From Methanotrichaceae archaeon (lineage in GTDB: Archaea; Halobacteriota; Methanosarcinia; Methanotrichales; Methanotrichaceae), in contig CAWDLW010000030.1 in NCBI GenBank assembly GCA_963803145.1, positions 55,581-119,580 of the forward strand: a stretch of 64,000 nucleotides of DNA. Reading direction: 5' to 3'. Numbering within the stretch: position 1 is the first letter of the stretch; every line of letters begins with the position of its first letter. Under the pieces are notes generated by a model. It was not told the origin of the DNA. It did no database searches and worked only from the letters and a program-made list of their open reading frames with translations. The translations under genes and the position numbers were made by a program. This document shows positions 60,362 through 64,000 of the stretch, one piece after another.

Positions 60362-60635
60362 ATGAATCCAAAGGATGAAAAAGATCAGAAGTCAGAAGCT
60401 ATTCCGATTTTTGTTGGGCATATATCCGGAACAATTAAGATCGACTAAAATTATGATTATGTGGAATTTGAAGTGAGATCCAATGTCAGCTATGAGCCGA
60501 AAACTCCATTGGGACGTAAGCTGTGTGCTATCCGCGCTAAGATCATAGCATCAGGAGAGTCTCTCCTGGATTGGGACGAGATAGAGTGGGAAGTTACAGA
60601 GCGAAGAGGGGAGGCTGATTGAGGCTTACATGAAC
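60362..60635 (+). pseudogene. Probable antitoxin remnant with stub of a downstream gene
   Basis: In-frame TAA at 60446-60448, then YEPKTPLGRKL.AIRAKI.ASGE.LLDWDEIE.EV.ERRG; overlapping TTG-R-L-T-stop. Confidence 0.45.
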
Positions 60636-60662
60636 GTTCATTGATTGCTGAAGTATATCGTT

Positions 60663-60716
60663 CTATTCACAAACGGTCTCGATAATATCCAGCAGCCGCT
60701 GCATATCATCTCTCAT
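60663..60716 (-). pseudogene. HepT/DUF86 toxin 5' stub
   Basis: [17 protein letters not shown]-stop; ATGA overlap with mntA copy 2. Confidence 0.65.
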
Positions 60717-61000
60717 AGTGCCACGGCTTCTTTCAGCACTCTGTCCCGGATCCTTTCCCTAAGCCCCTTTTCAGTCACGACATCCACGCGGCATCCCAAA
60801 AGATCCTGGAGTTCCATAAGAAGCCCGCCCAGATCGAGAAGGCTCCGGCCCTCCTCCATCTCCACAAGAAGGTCCAGATCGCTTGTCTCATCCTCCTCGC
60901 CTCTGGCGACAGAGCCGAAGATACGAACTGTTCGGGCACCGTGCTTGGCGGCTATCTGCAAGATCTCCTCACGCATTTCTCTGAGAGCTTGGATGTCCAT
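60713..61000 (-). CDS. mntA: Minimal nucleotidyltransferase (MntA-type antitoxin), copy 2
   Basis: Near-identical to copy 1; GS..D.D motif intact. Confidence 0.92.
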   Translation of the reverse strand: MDIQALREMREEILQIAAKHGARTVRIFGSVARGEEDETSDLDLLVEMEEGRSLLDLGGLLMELQDLLGCRVDVVTEKGLRERIRDRVLKEAVAL

Positions 61001-61233
61001 GAGATGAGAAACTCCTTGCTAATATGCTAGAAGTTCCATAAGAGGTGCATGATATTTATCTCTTGTCTGATCGCACCAAACATTTCCTAGCTTGTCTCCT
61101 AAGAGCGGGCAGAAATGACTTTCTTAGGCTAGCAAAGAAATATACACAAAGAAATAACCTTTCCTAAATTTATTTTATTAGATAGGAAACCTTCTTATCT
61201 TTTGGTTGATCTTTGAGGCATAATGGAGGGATA

Positions 61234-64000
61234 ATGGGAGGACTAACCTGGCTCCATCTCTCGGATTGGCATCAAGGGAGCAAGGAATTTGATCGTCAAG
61301 TAGTAGAAGATGCATTAATTAATGATCTTAAGACAAGAACATCCATCAGTCCAGATCTAGCCAGGATAGACTTCATCGCTTTTAGCGGTGACGTGGCGCA
61401 CAGCGGAAAGCCAGATGAGTACAAGGCTGCCAAAGAAGGATTTTTTAAGCGTATTTTGGAGGCTACAGGCTTAAGTCCAGATCAACTTTTCATTGTAGCG
61501 GGTAACCACGATCTAAATAGGGACGAATTCGAATTCCTTCCCCCGGCACTTCTAAAGCCCTTGGAGTCTGACCAAGAGGTTCAGAAATGGATAGTCGAAG
61601 AACGACAAAGATGGCTCGCCCTACAACCATTAAACGCATTCACCGGATTCGTAACCGACTATACTAAGCAGAAAAATCCTGATTTTGCTAATATCCAGAG
61701 ATTGGAGATCGATGGAAAGAAGATAGCTTTTCTAGGGATAAACTCCGCCTGGATGTGTGGCCGTCATAAAGATACAAATGGCGAGGTAGACGATGATGGT
61801 TATGTGCTGGTGGGAGAACCGCAGATTCACCAGCCTTTGAAGGATATATCGGATGCTGATATTAAGATCGTTATTCTCCATCACCCATTTGAATGGCTGA
61901 GCGAGTTTGATCGTCGGCACATTAAGGAACGTCTGATTAACGAATGCGATTTCATTTTGAATGGTCACCAGCATACACCTGACGCAAGACAGATTAGCAA
62001 AAACAATGGCTTTTATATCCATATTTCAACGGGAGCAAGTTATGCAGATCGCATTTCAAAAGATCCACTTTTCATTAACGCTTACAACCTCGTCCATTTA
62101 GACTTTGAGACAAAACAAGGTATAGTTTTCCTTCGTCGTTGGAGTGACAGACAAAATACATGGCTTGAAGACACCGACACGCACCCTCCCGACGGCAGGC
62201 TTCCCTTTAGCCTAGTTACTACAGTAGCTGATACTTCGCCATTACAAATTGAATTTGAAAAGAAAAAAACGTCTATTAGTGCTACTGAATCAGTTTCAAT
62301 CATTATTCCACGCCAGGTTCCTCCGCCACCTAGTGACTTCAAAGGCCGTGAAGAGGAAATTAGCGATATTCTATCAAACTTCGATAAGGGTGCAACCATC
62401 ACCGGCCTACGTGGCATGGCTGGAGTCGGCAAGACCGTATTGGCATTTGTATTGGCTGAGAGGATAAAAGACCGCTTCTCTGATGGTCAGCTCTTCATAA
62501 ACCTTCAAGGTACAAGTAAGAAGAATCCCCTGAATCCCACAGAAGCCATGGCGCAAGTCATCCATGCTTATCGCCCGATGGATCGCCTGCCGGAGAACCA
62601 AGATGAACTTCGTGGGCTATATCTCTCAATACTTGCTGGTAAGCGTGCTCTTCTACTATTTGATAACGCCGCCAACAAGGAACAGGTTGAGCCACTACTG
62701 CCTCCTGCAAATTGCGCAGTGCTAGTCACGTCTAGAATTATAGTTAATCTTCCAGGATTGAAAGAAAAAGACCTTGATGTTTTGCCTCCAGAAAAAGCAT
62801 GCGAGCTTCTTCTTGAAATTGCCCCTCGTATTAGCAATCGAGCAGAAAAATTAGCAAAACTATGCGGTTACCTCCCCCTCGCTCTTCGAAATGCAGCTAG
62901 CGCTTTAGCTGAGAAAAAAGACCTAAGCGTTATGGAGTATGAACGACGCTTGAGTGATAAAAGGATGAGGCTCGAACTGGTAGAAGCATCTTTCAGCCTA
63001 AGCTATGAGCTACTGTCCCCAATGAGAAAGAAACAATGGGGCCGCCTCTCAATCTTTCCAGAGGACTTTGATCTCAATGGTGCAGCCGCAGTCTGGAAGA
63101 TGGGTCATGATCCATCAGCAGAAGCACTAAGCGATTTAGTCAAATGGAGTTTGTTGACATTCATACCTTCCCCAGATTTAGAAGAAGGTCGTTATAGGCT
63201 GCATGACCTAGCTCGAATTTTTGCCGATTCGCGTCTGGATTCCTCTGAACGAGCCGATGCTCAATACCGCCACGCAAAACATTATTAAAGGTACTTTCTA
63301 GTGCTGAAAAGCTTTATATAAGTGGCGGGAAAGAATGCTTTACCGGCCTGAAGCTCTTCGACAAAGAATGGGCGAACATCAAGATTGGACATGCCTGGGC
63401 GGAAGGCATGATCCGAATCACGTAGGAAATCGAATAAGGATGTGAGACTGAAGTCTGCCTTGCAATTAGCTGATTCCTACCCTGGCGAGGGAGTTTACAT
63501 TTTGGATTTGCGCCAATACCCTCAAGATAGAATTCAATGGCTTGAGACAGCTCTAGCCTCATCTCGAAGATTGAAAAATATCAGTGGCGAGAGCTCACAT
63601 CTATGTAATTTGGGGAATGCCTACCGCGATTTAGACGAGACCAGTAAGAGCCTCGAATGCCATAAGAGAGCTTTGGAAATAGATCGCAAGCTGAAGAACC
63701 GTGAGGGGCAAGGCATCAACTTAGGTAATATTGGCAGTATTTACCTATGCCTAGACGAGATTCGAACTGCCACTGAATACTATGAGCAAGCCTTATCGAT
63801 TGCTCATGAAATGGGAAATAGAAGGATTGAAGGTACTTGTCTCGGCAATCTGGGCTTGACCTATTTTGAACTAGGTAACTCTCGAAAGGCTATCGAGTTC
63901 AATGAACGGGCACTAGGCATCGCTCGCGAGATTGAAGACAGGCAAAGTGAAGGTCAAGCTCTTCTAAACCTTGGCGTTGCATATAATAGCCTTGGTAATC
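61234..64000 (+). pseudogene. Calcineurin-like phosphoesterase + NB-ARC (STAND) NTPase + TPR protein, with two frameshifts; runs off the window
   Basis: HLSDWH, SGD, GNHD, HHP, GHQH; F.GRE, GMAGVGKT, LLLFDNA, VTSR, GYLPLAL, LHDL; TPRs (NLGNAY..AL.I.R) after 63430. Confidence 0.85.

Noticed and set aside
63423-63425. TAG as pyrrolysine read-through
   Set aside because: That frame hits TAA four codons later; continuity needs a frameshift, not suppression

Overview
Chromosomal segment of a methanogenic euryarchaeon, most consistent with Methanothrix/Methanotrichaceae (inference from gene content). Housekeeping blocks: iorAB, fwd/fmdDBAC-purP, leuD/leuB-like, tRNA-Lys (intron)-rpoH-B''-B'-A'-A''-L30e-nusA-S12-S7, ahbB-sirC-hemA-hemB, argD-hisC-adenylate kinase, thiC. 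Four accessory tracts lie between them. (1) About 6.6-11.3 kb beside tRNA-Leu: secreted beta-carbonic anhydrase, decayed IS5, DUF642-like protein. (2) About 30.1-38.3 kb between two paralogous NDH-2-like genes: a GC-rich katG with full integron gene-cassette architecture (58-bp attC, matching GTTAGCT/AGCTAAC core sites, attI-like site, no intI in window), plus IS630 and IS481. (3) An AT-rich, MITE-flanked island at about 50.7-57.3 kb with an unusual four-gene nucleotide module (MazG-like, deoxynucleoside kinase fusion, divergent OMP decarboxylase, M42-like metallohydrolase). (4) 59.4-64 kb: toxin-antitoxin relics and a frameshifted phosphoesterase-NB-ARC-TPR gene. No CRISPR array or rRNA seen. 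Family assignments come from motif recognition by eye, not database searches.
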